From: Paraspadella gotoi
Taxonomy: Eukaryota; Animalia; Chaetognatha
Direction of reading: 5' to 3'
Assembly (NCBI GenBank): GCA_051294375.1
Contig: CM119268.1
Coordinates: 3,952,644 to 4,009,552 of the forward strand
Length of the DNA: 56,909 nt
The position numbers were made by a program, and so were the translations under genes. Positions 10,896 through 22,520 of the stretch are shown here, in pieces (position 1 is the first letter of the stretch; the number at the start of each line of letters is the position of its first letter). The notes beneath the pieces were generated by a model, which worked only from the letters and a program-made list of their open reading frames with translations, had not been told where the DNA came from and ran no database searches.

Positions 10896-13800
10896 TCTCT
10901 TTCTCTCTCTCTCTCTCTCCAGTCGGCTCTCTCCCTCTCGTCTTCGCCTCGTAAAACTCCGTTGTCTCATCTCGGTGAGAACTTCGCTTCATTTGACACT
11001 CTTGCGCCGACGACGACAAAGGCTCCCAATGTGACTACGGATAGCGCTACGTTAACTCTTCCGCTTCAGGTACTAAAAAATGATCCATGATTCTTTCGAT
11101 TTCTTGAAATCCGAAATCCTCCAATAACCCTCTAACATTCCGCGCCATCCCTTTCCGCCCCTCGAAGAAACCGAAGAGCGCCAGTACGAGTGCCTTACCT
11201 CGCCACCGTAAGCCCCACCACCTCCCGAGCCCCGAGGACATGCTGATCTTCGACTCGCCCGTCGTGGAGGATAAGGACTTACCCGCGGAGCCGACCGACA
11301 AACCGGAACCCTCTGTGGGTCCTCGTCTGCCGGCGCCGCTCGCCAAACCAGAGACGGACTCGCCCTCGTTGGAAGCGACGCCGCTGTCGTCGTTGTCGGC
11401 GTCGCCCGCTCACAGCGTCGGTGGCGCCGCGGCGAAGGGACAGAAATCGGAATCCAGAGACGGCGACGCCACCAAGAAAACCGGCGTCGCTTTCGAATCG
11501 AGTCTCGATCCGCTCGACGAGACGGGAAAAGAGACGGGAGAGGGTAAGTTTTGGCGGGGAGTTAATATACTTTTTATTCTTATAAATGATAAGTTTGATA
11601 AGATAGAGAAAAACTTATATTGGCCCCCCTCTCTCTGTCTCCCTCTTCAGCCCCCCCGCCCCCCACCTCGTCTCCACCTCGATCAGAGGATCTCTTCTCC
11701 CCCTTCGACACGAGCCACGTGACCGCCTCGGGTCCCCGCGCCAACCTGACTTCTCCGACGCCGATGCTGCAACCGCGAATCCTCAGTCAGATTCCGCTGC
11801 AGCCGACGTCTTCCAACGCCCCCGTCGCTGCATCGTCCGGTTCCGTCGCTCCGCCCGATCAATTGTCTCAACCCGCTACATCTACCGCTCCTTCCGCCGC
11901 TACATTCGCCGAACCGCTCGCCGCTCCTCCGGCCGCCCAAGTGCCGTCGTCTTCGTCGCAGCCGTCGTCGTCGTCGGCGTTGTCCCCGTTTTCGTCGACG
12001 TCGTCGGCGTTTCCTTCCTTCTCGCCGCCTCCGGCGCCGGCGCAGATGGCGTCGCCGGCGCCACCGTCGTCGTTGCCGTCGACGGTCATTGCCAGGTGAA
12101 GAGATAGGGGGGCGATTGGTTCATAGAATTAACATCAACTACAGAACAGATGTAGAACAACTGTAAAACAGATTGCAAAATCTCCCGTCTTCCTATAGTA
12201 ATGTTCTTCGACCTAGGAGGGAACCCAGAAGTCTTTAACCGATATTCGGAATTCAATTGACCACTATCGAGGTTTGACTCTGTTATCGAGAGTGGAAATA
12301 ATGCTGCTGATTCGGGATTCGTCCTTCGATTCTGCGACTTTTTATTTCTTCTCGCGACACGAGTCCATCTCCAAGGGCAGCCTCGTTTCGAAATGGAATT
12401 TTCGTCGCTCAATCGTTTAGCGGTCGCGAAGACTTTCGTATTTTGGGTTGAAGAGGAATAATTTTTTTTTGTCGCTGCACTATGCTAATTAGATTTTTGA
12501 AGCGGTTTTTTTTTATTTGGGGGGGAGTGAGTCGTTAAAGATCATTTAGAACTATAGGTAATACTTTAGATAAAAATTTCACATGGGAGTATAGGTACAT
12601 TATTTAATTCGTGACCAATATTTCGATCCATTGGACAGATCAGATTCAGGGTCAAATGATTAGGTAAATAGTCATAGCAAAAAAAGGAGAGAGTGAGAGA
12701 GAATTTGAATTTGAAAAACAAAAGTGCGAGCTTTAGGCTTGTACTTTAAACTGCCCTAAAAAGCTACCTTATCTTTTAATTTGTAAGTATTAATAGTTTT
12801 TTTGAGTTTTCATAAATGGTACTGAACAACTGATCAATTCTAATTTTCTAGTGGACAATAGGCATGGGCTCTTTCTAACTCACATTTAAGAGAGAAAGAG
12901 AGAGAGAGAGTGCGTGTGTGACCAAAATCTGGGATTTTTATCTAATTCATTATCACGGTACATGCTATGACTCTCAAAGAATAGGTAATACTTATTATTT
13001 ATACTAGTTGCGATATATCCGTACGTATAATAAACCCTCTAGTTTGACGCACTTAGGCACTCACCCTCATGTCACTTATACTCTTCAGACCTCGTCCTGG
13101 ATCTGTTACTCCCACCGTCGGTCCACGCCCCGGTGCCGCCGCGGCCGCCGCCGCCTCGATCGACTCTGTTGTCCCGCCTCCGCCTCCACGTCCTTCGAGC
13201 ACGACCCCGTTTTCTGGGACCGCCGCGTTAGTTGGCCAGCGGGGTAAGAGTCGAAGGGATTTTGGTATTTATTATTGAGGTTTTGAGGTGTACTGTGGCT
13301 AGAGATATAATCATAAAATTCGAATCGAGAATAATACAAAAAACAAAGGTCTTATATATATGCGATTTTATTCGAATACAACGAGGTTGATTCAGTACAA
13401 TCATCATCAACAAACAAACAAACAAAGACATATACAGGACATATACAGGACAAAAGAAAAAAACGATGTTGAGAACTGATATGAGAAAGAGAGTGTCTAT
13501 GAGATGAGATCTATGTTCGAGATTCTGTAATCGTGCGTTCGTGGTTGCCTTATTATATTATATTATTATATATATATTATATAGGATATTATTACTTTTT
13601 TTATAACACTTTCCTTTGCCAGGATCCCCAAGCGGGTCGCGAAACTCCCCCACTCCTCAAGCGACTCCTGTCTACCAAAGTAAATTCGCTCGTTCCGTCT
13701 CGGCGTCGACGGCGCCTCACTTGGCCGGACTCAAGGCCACAGCCTCGCCCTTTGACGTCCCGCTCGCCAAGGCCGGCAGGTGGGTCCCTGGGGGGGGGGG

Positions 13801-16781
13801 ACGGAAAATTGCCAAAATCGGCGGATGAAAAAGTTAAACCGCCCATAGCTTGTTTGCTAAAAGAGATAAGATTGTGAATTTTAATTGTAATATAATATAA
13901 AATAGTACAACCAATATAAAAATTATCCATTCATTTAATAAATAGGCTATATTGCCCCTGAATTTGGACCGGCAATGGTAATTAAGGCCTCCATCACACT
14001 TACGAGACTCTCTCACAGTCTCCTTTATTCAATCCCAGTAAACCCAGCCTCCCTGTCAACGTTTTCGAAAAGAAATTCCCATTTTGGGCTCTGGATTTAC
14101 GTTAGGCTATTGATTATTATTCATTATCATTAACCATTAGGCCAATAACCATTGATTTCCGATTTGGAGCAGATCCGAGAGCGTCGCCTCCGCCGCGGGA
14201 CTGGCAGCGGCTCTTGGCGCCGAGACCGGCACTCTTCGCGGTCCCTCGCCGTTGGGCTTCGCGGACGCCGTTCCCGTCGCCGTCGCCGTCACCGAAACGG
14301 CCAACGCCATCTTCAAAGGTGAAGGAAAAATTTGATTTGACTCAGGAGATTGAGAGATTTTATTTCTGTCTATCGGTTTTTCAATTGCGCGATAGCGATC
14401 ATAAACTTGGAAGAATCGAGCACAAAATATATTTTTTTCTACTTGGGTATATCCAGAACTGCCGGTTATGGTATTCATAAAATGCCTTGAAATGTAATAG
14501 ATAAAAGATAGGAAGAAAGCTCAGCCCATTCCAATTTTGGTTAAAATATTTCCTCGGTCGACAACCCCGGTCGAACATCACGGATATCCCGAATAATCCC
14601 CCCACCCTCTCACCTCCACCCGAAAAATAACAACAACAAACGTTTATCGTGTATCTGTTTGTCAACACTTCCTTGAACATTTAATCTATCAACATGATGC
14701 AACTGAACAGAGTTTTATCTCCTCGTCCTTTTGTTATTAAACATGATGTCGTAATCCCTTTTTTTATTCTTTGGTCTTATTTTCTTTTCCCCTTTCTCGT
14801 TTGTTGCCAAGCCATTCATCCGGAACTCGATCCTGTTTTCTTTAAATCGATCGTCACCAGCAGCAACAGAATTTGCGTTTCTTGGATGAGCTTCAAGAAA
14901 GGGCCTTGGGACTACTGGGTTTTGGGGGTGGGGGATCCAAGACTGGAAGGAGCATATGAGAAGGAAAGTTAAGATGTGTAAGAAAAGCTAAAGGCGTTAA
15001 ATTGTTGATACAGTGACCTTGATTGTACAAATTAAATCCTAAAACGGATCCTTTTTCGATCATAAAAATTCCGTTTCAAGATTGAGGAATTCGAGAGAGG
15101 AATGTGTTGGCAAGGTGACGATAAGGAAAATATTTTAAACCGGATTTCTTTCATAATTTACCACCAACTTTTAAGCTCAGGTGTTTTGAAAGGCGTACGA
15201 GACTTGAAGGCTTGTTCCCCCCCCCTCGCCTTCTCACCTCTAACCAACTTCTCTTGGGCCCCAGGTTCCGACACTGACAAGACCCTCGTCAAGATCACAG
15301 GCGAGGTGCTGCTCTCCTTTCCGGCCGGCATCGTCCCCATGATCACCGGACGATCGACGACGCCCAATTTGGCGCTGGTGCTGCGCGGCGTCGCGAGACT
15401 GGATCAGGTGCTGCCGAACAAGCAGCTGCTCGGCGTCGACTACAACCAGAGCAATTCGGTGAATTGGGAAGGGCTTGCGTATTGAATGAAGAGGGATGTG
15501 AAAGAGGGAAACTCTTTTTTTTTAATCTTTGATAGCCTCTAACTTTCACTCTCACAAATCATAATAGCATACAGCACTAAATTAAATAAAATAAATTAAT
15601 GAAATAAATGACTGAATCAAATCAACACCACCCTCATCCGCTCATTTCAAGGACGTTCAAGTGTTCGAATTCTCCATGTCCAACTTGACTGACCACTTGA
15701 AGCGACTCCACGAACAAAACCGCAACGCCTCTTATTACAACGTGGAGGTCATCCGCTATCTGGTCAAGAACGCCGCCCCGCCGCCGCCCACCGTCCCGAT
15801 CTCCCCGCTCTCCAAAATTTCGCCTTCGGAGCGGCTCCCGCTGCACATCGTGTCGTATTGGAAGTGCGAGATTTCCCACACGGATTTGAGGTTTGCTCTT
15901 TTGTTCAGATTGTGCTTTTGTGTCTCGGTGTTTGTTAAAGCTCTCTCCCCATATTGCCAGGATTGCCAAATTGATCCTCGAGTAACCCTTTCGCTCTCAT
16001 AAATTCTCATCTTTTTAATTCCTCGCTCTCTTGTTTCAAAAAAATCAACAGAGTGGACTATCGCCTCCACCCGGAGGCGCTGCTGGTTCCCTCGCCGTCG
16101 CCGCCTCCGTCCAACGGCCCCCACGCGGTGACGCCGGCCACGCCCACCCCGCCTCTAGTCAACGCCTCCTTCACCGTCCTCGTCGACGGGGAGGTGAAGC
16201 TCATGCAGTCGAAGCCGCCGGGAACTTGGTCCTCGGAGAACAGGTGAGCGGAGTAGAAAGAGTTGTCCTTTTGTTTGAGACGATGTGTGTGATCATGGGA
16301 GAGAAAATTTTTTCTCGATGAAAAACAGCGGCTCATTCTTAATACATATATTCATCGCAAACTACTTTTATTACTTTATCTTTTTATTTAAAACGATCTT
16401 AACTGGGATATATATTCTTCCTCAGACGCGCGCAGTGGAAGATGAAGGAGCTTCCCTCGGCGTCCGGCTCCCTCTACGCGCGTTTCGAGCTCGACGACGG
16501 CCCCTCCACGCCCTCATCCGTCGGCGCCCAGTTTTTCGTCGACGGCGCCACCCTCTCCGGCGTCGACGTGCAAATCCGGGGCAAGGGTGAGTTGGGAGTT
16601 GTTGTTGAGCCTTTTGTCTTTGGAAGCTTTTGCCTTCTTATTTTGAGGATCTATTTATAAATGCTTGGTTACAAAAGTAAGCTTTCTTTCCCCCTCAGGT
16701 TATCGTCTGTCGTTGGTGAAGCGAAGGATCAAGAGCGGCAAGTATCTCTCCGAAGCCGACACCGAAGTTCGATTCGTGTAG
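3409..16781 (+). CDS. FCHO2: FCH domain only protein (FCHO1/2 muniscin): F-BAR, linker with AP2-activator motif, mu-homology domain; ~1575 aa if all exons are used
   Basis: Phase-consistent GT-AG exons: 3409(or 3427)-3594, 3674-3766, 3983-4157, 4301-4554, 4634-4811, 4892-5146, 5211-5323, 5841-5949, 6051-6202, 6496-6614, 6900-6923, 7630-7773, 8999-9126, 9522-9737, 10288-10449, 10592-10716, 10923-11069, 11168-11543, 11651-12095, 13089-13243, 13623-13779, 14173-14318, 15265-15458, 15652-15890, 16052-16243, 16426-16586, 16699-16781. Signatures: FWGEKNNGFDVLYQNMK; VDEEGFSIRP...DSDDDD...KKGFNVVIRP; RGPSP...VPVAVAVTETANAIFKG; VKITGEVLLSFPAGI; YWKCE; GYRLSLVKRRIKSGKYL. The linker exons are less certain than the domain exons. 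Confidence 0.93.
7774..8443 (+). CDS. Putative alternative terminal extension of FCHO exon 12 (acidic/Ser-rich, ~222 aa)
   Basis: The reading frame continues past the donor at 7773/7774 to TAG at 8441-8443, with the GC-rich codon usage seen in the exons. AATAAA lies near 8800. Confidence 0.55.
13905..14060 (+). repeat. Copy of the ~190-bp dispersed repeat family (SINE/MITE-like, unclassified)
   Basis: gtacaaccaatataaaaattatccattcatttaataaat..gctat.ttgcccctga...aaggcctccatcac.cttac...gagactctctcacagtctc is shared with 18335-18530 and 28808-29010. Confidence 0.85.
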
Positions 16782-16826
16782 ACGAATTCCATCCATGGGA
16801 TTTCCACGTGCCATCTATTCCTTTCG

Positions 16827-16948
<122 letters not shown>

Positions 16949-18128
16949 GTTTCTTTCTCCTCAGGGTTTCTGCACTAACTCTCTGCGCCCACTCCCGCCG
17001 CCAGCTCTTAGAGGGAAATTAAGCCTGAATAAAACTTCAGGACTTTTAAAGCAAAAAAAGCTGTTTTATAGCTTTTGATTACTTTCGTGCTTTCTAAGTT
17101 ATAGCGACGTTTATTAGTTAATTTAATTTTGATGGTGTGGAGGCTGTGTGTGGGCGCTTCGTGGTGTGGGGGTGCCAGTAAAAGAAAAACTTCAAGAATA
17201 ATCACTTCCTTCGCCGCTTAAATCACGGACTCTCTCGCTCTCTCTCAACTTTCTCGCTCTCACGATTGGTTTTTTCCCCCCTCGCAGATTTTTATTTAAA
17301 CATTTCGAAATACAAGTTTTACAAAGTTTTATCAGACTGGCAAAATATATTATTTTTTCTTCTTACGTTCATATATACATATATCCTTGTATTATTTTGT
17401 TTTACGTTACGCTCCAGCATTTATTTCTTTGCTAATTGTGTTTTCCGTTTTAATTTTTTCTTATTTTTACAATCAAACTCTTCAAGCTATTTTGCACATT
17501 GCCAAGCACACATTTTGTACAGCATATATTTTTAGACGCAAAAATGATATTTTTTTAATTTTTTGCCAAACCCCTTCCCTTTTTTTTTTTGCTCCGCCGC
17601 CCTAATTAATAACTATTCACCGAGTTGTTAACTAGTCATTGCTTAATTTGTATTCGAATCATGTTGGTGATTTTGTTACTCAATTATATCAGATACAGTT
17701 TGAGCCAACAATTTTTTTTCCTATCCGTTATAAAATTGAATTTGAGCCAGAGTGTATTACGTATAGTTTTTTTATTTTTAATTTCGAGTATAGAAATTTT
17801 TGAAAAAACGAACGAGAAAAAAAAACCATGTATACGTACTATATACAAAGAACCGAAATAAAAGAGAAATATGAGCGCGAAAATATTCGAGCGCTGATCA
17901 CGAAGTCAACTTTTTTCTGGGAGAATAAAAAAAATATGGGTTCATGATGAAATGTTACAGATGTTTTGGGGCGAGGTTGGGGGTGGGGACTGTGAAAGGG
18001 ACATCAATGGATAAACTGCCCGAAAAATCACTTTCGTGACGAAATCTGCTACTACATAATTCTTACGACAAATTTAAGGACTAATATTAAAGATATTCAT
18101 GAATCACTCCGGTCGTTCGAGGCAGTAA

Positions 18129-19887
18129 TCACACTACGGTTGTGTCCATGGCCAAGATCCGTAGCAGCGGATCCACGTCGATGCTTTGCCCGTTGTTGCA
18201 TTTTCCTGTAATGACGGCGCAATTACGGAAATTTTATTTTTCAAAACCGCCTCAAATTGAATTAACAAGGTTTTTTAAGTAAGCAGATTACGTGAGATTT
18301 TAAATAGAGATTTGAGTTTGGATTCGGGTTAAGTATGAAATTGGTACAACCAATATAAAAATTATCCAATCATTTAAGCTATCTTGCCCCTGACTTTGGA
18401 CAGGCTTTGGTGGTTTAAGGCCTCCATCACTCTTACAAGATAATGACATAGCAGGTCCCTGCAAGCTTTCAATCGAGACTCTCTCACAGTCTCGTTTATT
18501 TACTCCCAGAGTACCTGGCTTCCCAATCTATTTACTATTTACTAAGGGATTAAGGTTAAATATTAAAATTGAGTTTACGCGTTAAAGAAAAGGAACTGGC
18601 GAACTGGCAACCTTGGTAACAATCATCATCGCCTCAAAGAGTGAAAAAAGAAAAGTTACGTCCCCACTTAAAAAAAAACAACATATTTTAACCTATTGCA
18701 TTCTCCACTTGATCTTCGGACAAATGAAGTTCGTAGACTAAATTGTAGCTTCTTATTTGTTTCCTCACTTCGTCCATCGCGAGGAAACCTGCGCGGGGAT
18801 CGGAAAGAGACTAAATTTACCTCGAATTTCTTTTTTTAAATCAAATTACATACGGGGATTCTGGGGGCCTGGAAGAGGGCAAAAAATAAATCCCTTACGT
18901 TTCTTCATGAAGTTAAATAACATTAGCGCGTTTCCTCACCGTTGTTCTCGTTCTGCATGGAATGAAGCGCGCGCGCCATCTTCATGAAATTCGCGTACCA
19001 AACGTCCTTAGATCTGGAAACGTTGGCATGGATTTAAAACTACGTACAATTGTGCATGATCATTAACGATTGGCATTCTTAAGAGACGGCGACCAAACTA
19101 GTCCAAAAATAAAAATATGAACGTATAACACATCCCAAAAACTGACCCAAAGTCAAACCTCACCTGTCCAAGATGGTGGGGGCGTTGGCGTTGGGTTTGA
19201 CGACGTCGTCGTCGTCATCGGCGGCGGAGACGACGACGCCGAGATCCACGAGGTCGTTGACGATCGTCCTGTATTCGAGGTACAGGGTAAATTCGTTTCG
19301 TCGAGATAAATTAATATTGCCAAGGTAAGTTAAAGACTCACCCGATGGGAATTCCCAGCGGAATCCCCGTTCCTTCGTCGAATTCGTATTCGGCCGGAAT
19401 CGCGACGTTGGTGAAGTCCTGGGTGAGGAAGGGGGGGGGCGGAATAGATTGGGTAAGTTAGTAGTTTTAGTTTTATTAGTATTAGTATTGTGGTTAGTTG
19501 ACATATTTTAAGATATCTTTCATCAGTCATTTTGATTATAATGATTTTTTGCGATGAGAATTGTTGACGACGATGATGAGTTGATGACGATGATGAGTTG
19601 ATGACGATGTCAAAGATAACGTTGACGATGGTGATGTTGATTTGATGATGTAACGCTGACGACGATGCCCTTATTGCTATGAAATTGATACAACCAATAT
19701 AATACAATATAATATTGTATAATATTATACAATATGATATTGTTATAATGTTCAATGACTCCTTTTTTCGCGACGCCCTCTGTCATCACTAAACAGAAAA
19801 GTGACACAGATATTGTGCTTTTTTTACATTCGATCACAACCTTTGAACACTGACCCTTAGGAGATTTTGTGAACGACATTGGATCAT
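18129..19887 (-). CDS. Small C1orf87-like protein (degenerate EF-hand-type C-terminal domain), ~153 aa
   Basis: Phase-consistent exons: 19887-19855 (tentative), 19418-19342, 19268-19164, 19013-18940, 18788-18693, 18205-18129. They give ...SKDVWYANFMKMARALHSMQNENNGFLAMDEVRKQIRSYNLVYELHLSEDQVENAIGKCNNGQSIDVDPLLRILAMDTTVV*. This matches my recollection of the C1orf87 C-terminus pattern (W..F.K...AL......G.L......I..YNL.Y.L.LS.....A.....G.....P.LR.L). Confidence 0.72.
18335..18530 (+). repeat. Full-length copy of the ~190-bp dispersed repeat family
   Basis: atgaaattggtacaaccaatataaaaattatcc...gacatagcaggtccctgcaagctttcaatc...actcccagagtacctggcttcccaatc is near-identical to 28808-29010 and to the reverse copy at 31325-31497. 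Confidence 0.9.
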
Positions 19888-20041
19888 GCCACTTCTTCAT
19901 GACACTTCTTCATGCCACTTCTTCATGCCACTTCTTCTCTCCGTTGTGGTCATCGTCGTCGTCTTCATCAAAAAAGTCACAAACGTTCAACCATGAGAAA
20001 TAATTTCTCCCCTTCCTCCTCCACTTTTTTGTTGTCGTCAC

Positions 20042-20175
20042 CGTCGTCCTCCTAATTTTCGGTTGTCGTCGTCCTCATCTTCCTTTGTCGTCGTCGTCCT
20101 CCTAATTTTCGGTTGTCGTCGTCCTCATCTTCCTTTGTCGTCGTCGTCCTCCTCATTTCCGCGGTTGTCGTCGTC
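20042..20175. repeat. 50-bp tandem repeat (~2.5 copies)
   Basis: cctaattttcggttgtcgtcgtcctcatcttcctttgtcgtcgtcgtcct is repeated at 20051 and 20101. Confidence 0.85.
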
Positions 20176-20246
20176 GTTGTCGTCGTCGTCTTTCTCGTCA
20201 ATAACCGATTCCTGACTTAACCGCGGTTACGATCTCCTTCAAGGCC

Positions 20247-20353
<107 letters not shown>

Positions 20354-20359
20354 CGCTCA

Positions 20360-20462
20360 ACCGATTGGTCGTCATCGTTCGTAGACAAAAGGGAGAAACT
20401 CCGATCTTTGCGTGAGCGCTCAGAATAAGATTGGCTCTATAGGACTGATTGGCTAATTGGAT
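20360..20462 (-). promoter_or_regulatory. CCAAT-box cluster, candidate promoter of the C1orf87-like gene
   Basis: Four ATTGG (CCAAT on the minus strand) occur within ~100 bp (near 20364, 20430, 20448, 20456), upstream of the minus-strand gene and next to a GA tract. Confidence 0.4.
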
Positions 20463-20998
20463 CAGGAGTTACTAATATTTTAAAAGGGTTTAGTGGTCAT
20501 TGATCCATAAAATTCCTTTTTTTACCAGTTTGAGCATTTTTCCGTACTTTCTACCGTATTTGGAATTGTAGTGTTGCTCTGTGACAATAGAGAAAAATTA
20601 TATTAAAGGAGTAATAACCTCATTTATTACTATATATTAATCGTAAATGAAACATCCTTGGCTACGTTGGCTACGTTTGATGGTGACAGCGACTTAGAAA
20701 CGGAATAAAATTACTTATCAATTAATTATTGTTTTCTTTGTTATTGTTATTGTTATCTTTGTTGTTTGGTACAACGTTTAAAAGTCCTTTTTGGATTTTC
20801 TATCAAGAAGAGTTGAGGTCTTTTGTTGCTTCGCTACATTTATCGCTGTAAATATAAACTGTTATTTTTTTTCCGCTGAGTCATGATTTTTTGGTTTTTC
20901 TCTTTCTTCTCTCTTCTTCACCATTTTTCCCTTTGCCATTCTTCACTCGCTCTCTTTCCTTGGATTTTCAAGAAGCGTAACGCAAACCGGTTCACAAG

Positions 20999-21130
<132 letters not shown>

Positions 21131-21827
21131 CCGAGTTTCTGTTTACTTCGATAAAAACACGAAACGGTTTTCCACCTTGGCCGAAACTCCCGCTCGAGAA
21201 AGGAACCGAAGGCGAAGAAGCGAAAGGAGAGAGATAAAGGAAAGAAAAGAAGATATATAAAGGAATGAGAGGAGAGAGAAAGGAGAGAGAAAAGGGAAAG
21301 AACAAAGGAAGGAAATTAAAAATACTGAAAGAAAGGGAGAGTGGAACCGAAATGAAAATAAACGTAGAATAAACGTAGAATCATAGTTCATACGACTTAA
21401 CAGATCTAAATGTAACACTTCATTTTAAAGTTTTTGAATAATTAGTTAATTAGTTAAAGGTTTGGAAAATCAATACTAAAATTAGAATGAAAAAATGGGA
21501 GGGGAGAAGGCAAGGGAAGGGGAGGGAAAGGAAGGGAAGGAGTGGGGAATGGAGCGAAGGGAAGGGTAGAGAAGGGGAGGGGAATGGAGGGGAGGGGAAT
21601 GGAGGGGAGGGAAGGGGAGGGGAATTGCGGGGAGGGAAGGGAAGGAAGAAAAGGGGAGGGGAATTGCGAGGAGGGGAACGGAGGTGAGGGGCGACGACGA
21701 AAATATTCTGTGATGTGAAGTGTGAGGTGAACCCAAAGAACCAAAAGACGATTACGACGTGTGAAAGAAAGAAAATCTTCTTTGTTTATTTTTCATGCGT
21801 CGACGAAATGACGACGACCTTGAAAAG

Positions 21828-21871
<44 letters not shown>

Positions 21872-22422
21872 AGACTTCGACTTCGATAAAATTGTAAATA
21901 GCCCAAATATTTCATATTGTTTATTATTACGTGTTTTTTTTTGGTTTAACTATGGATGATATGCTATATGTGCAGCTTTGACCACTCTGCAGCATTAAGG
22001 GGATCTTTTGTTTTTAGCTTAATGTAACTACATTCCTTTTAATATTTGTACAACATATAGTAAGTAGACGCCACATTTTTTCAAAAGAATTTAATTTTTT
22101 GGAAAAACAAGTTAGATAGTTAATTAATTAGCTAATAAATTAGTTAATTATCTGAAACCAAAAAAAAAAATCGTCGTTAAAAAAATTAAAATAGTTAAAG
22201 CACTAACAGAACATTTTGTAATGTTATCTTTTACATGACTCAAAACTAAATTAGGTGGAGAATTCGGTAGAAGAGTTCATCCTATTTCGTATTCACTTTC
22301 GATTGTCTTTTGTTTTTCTATTTAATATTTTTTATCGATCACGTGACGATTGATGGAGGATGACGCAAGAATCATGCGGTTTTTCAACGGAAGCTGCCGA
22401 AAATAAAAAGCTTAGTTTACCA

Positions 22423-22515
<93 letters not shown>
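22423..22515. repeat. (ATT/AAT)n microsatellite, representative of others at 42150-42326, 44303-44460 and 47582-47757; an (ATTT)n tract lies at 26340-26500
   Basis: Directly visible trinucleotide and tetranucleotide runs. Confidence 0.95.

Positions 22516-22520
<5 letters not shown>

Noticed and set aside
19347-19356. Palindromic kB-like site GGGAATTCCC
   Set aside because: It lies inside a coding exon (LGIP codons), and similar strings occur in other exons. There is no independent support.
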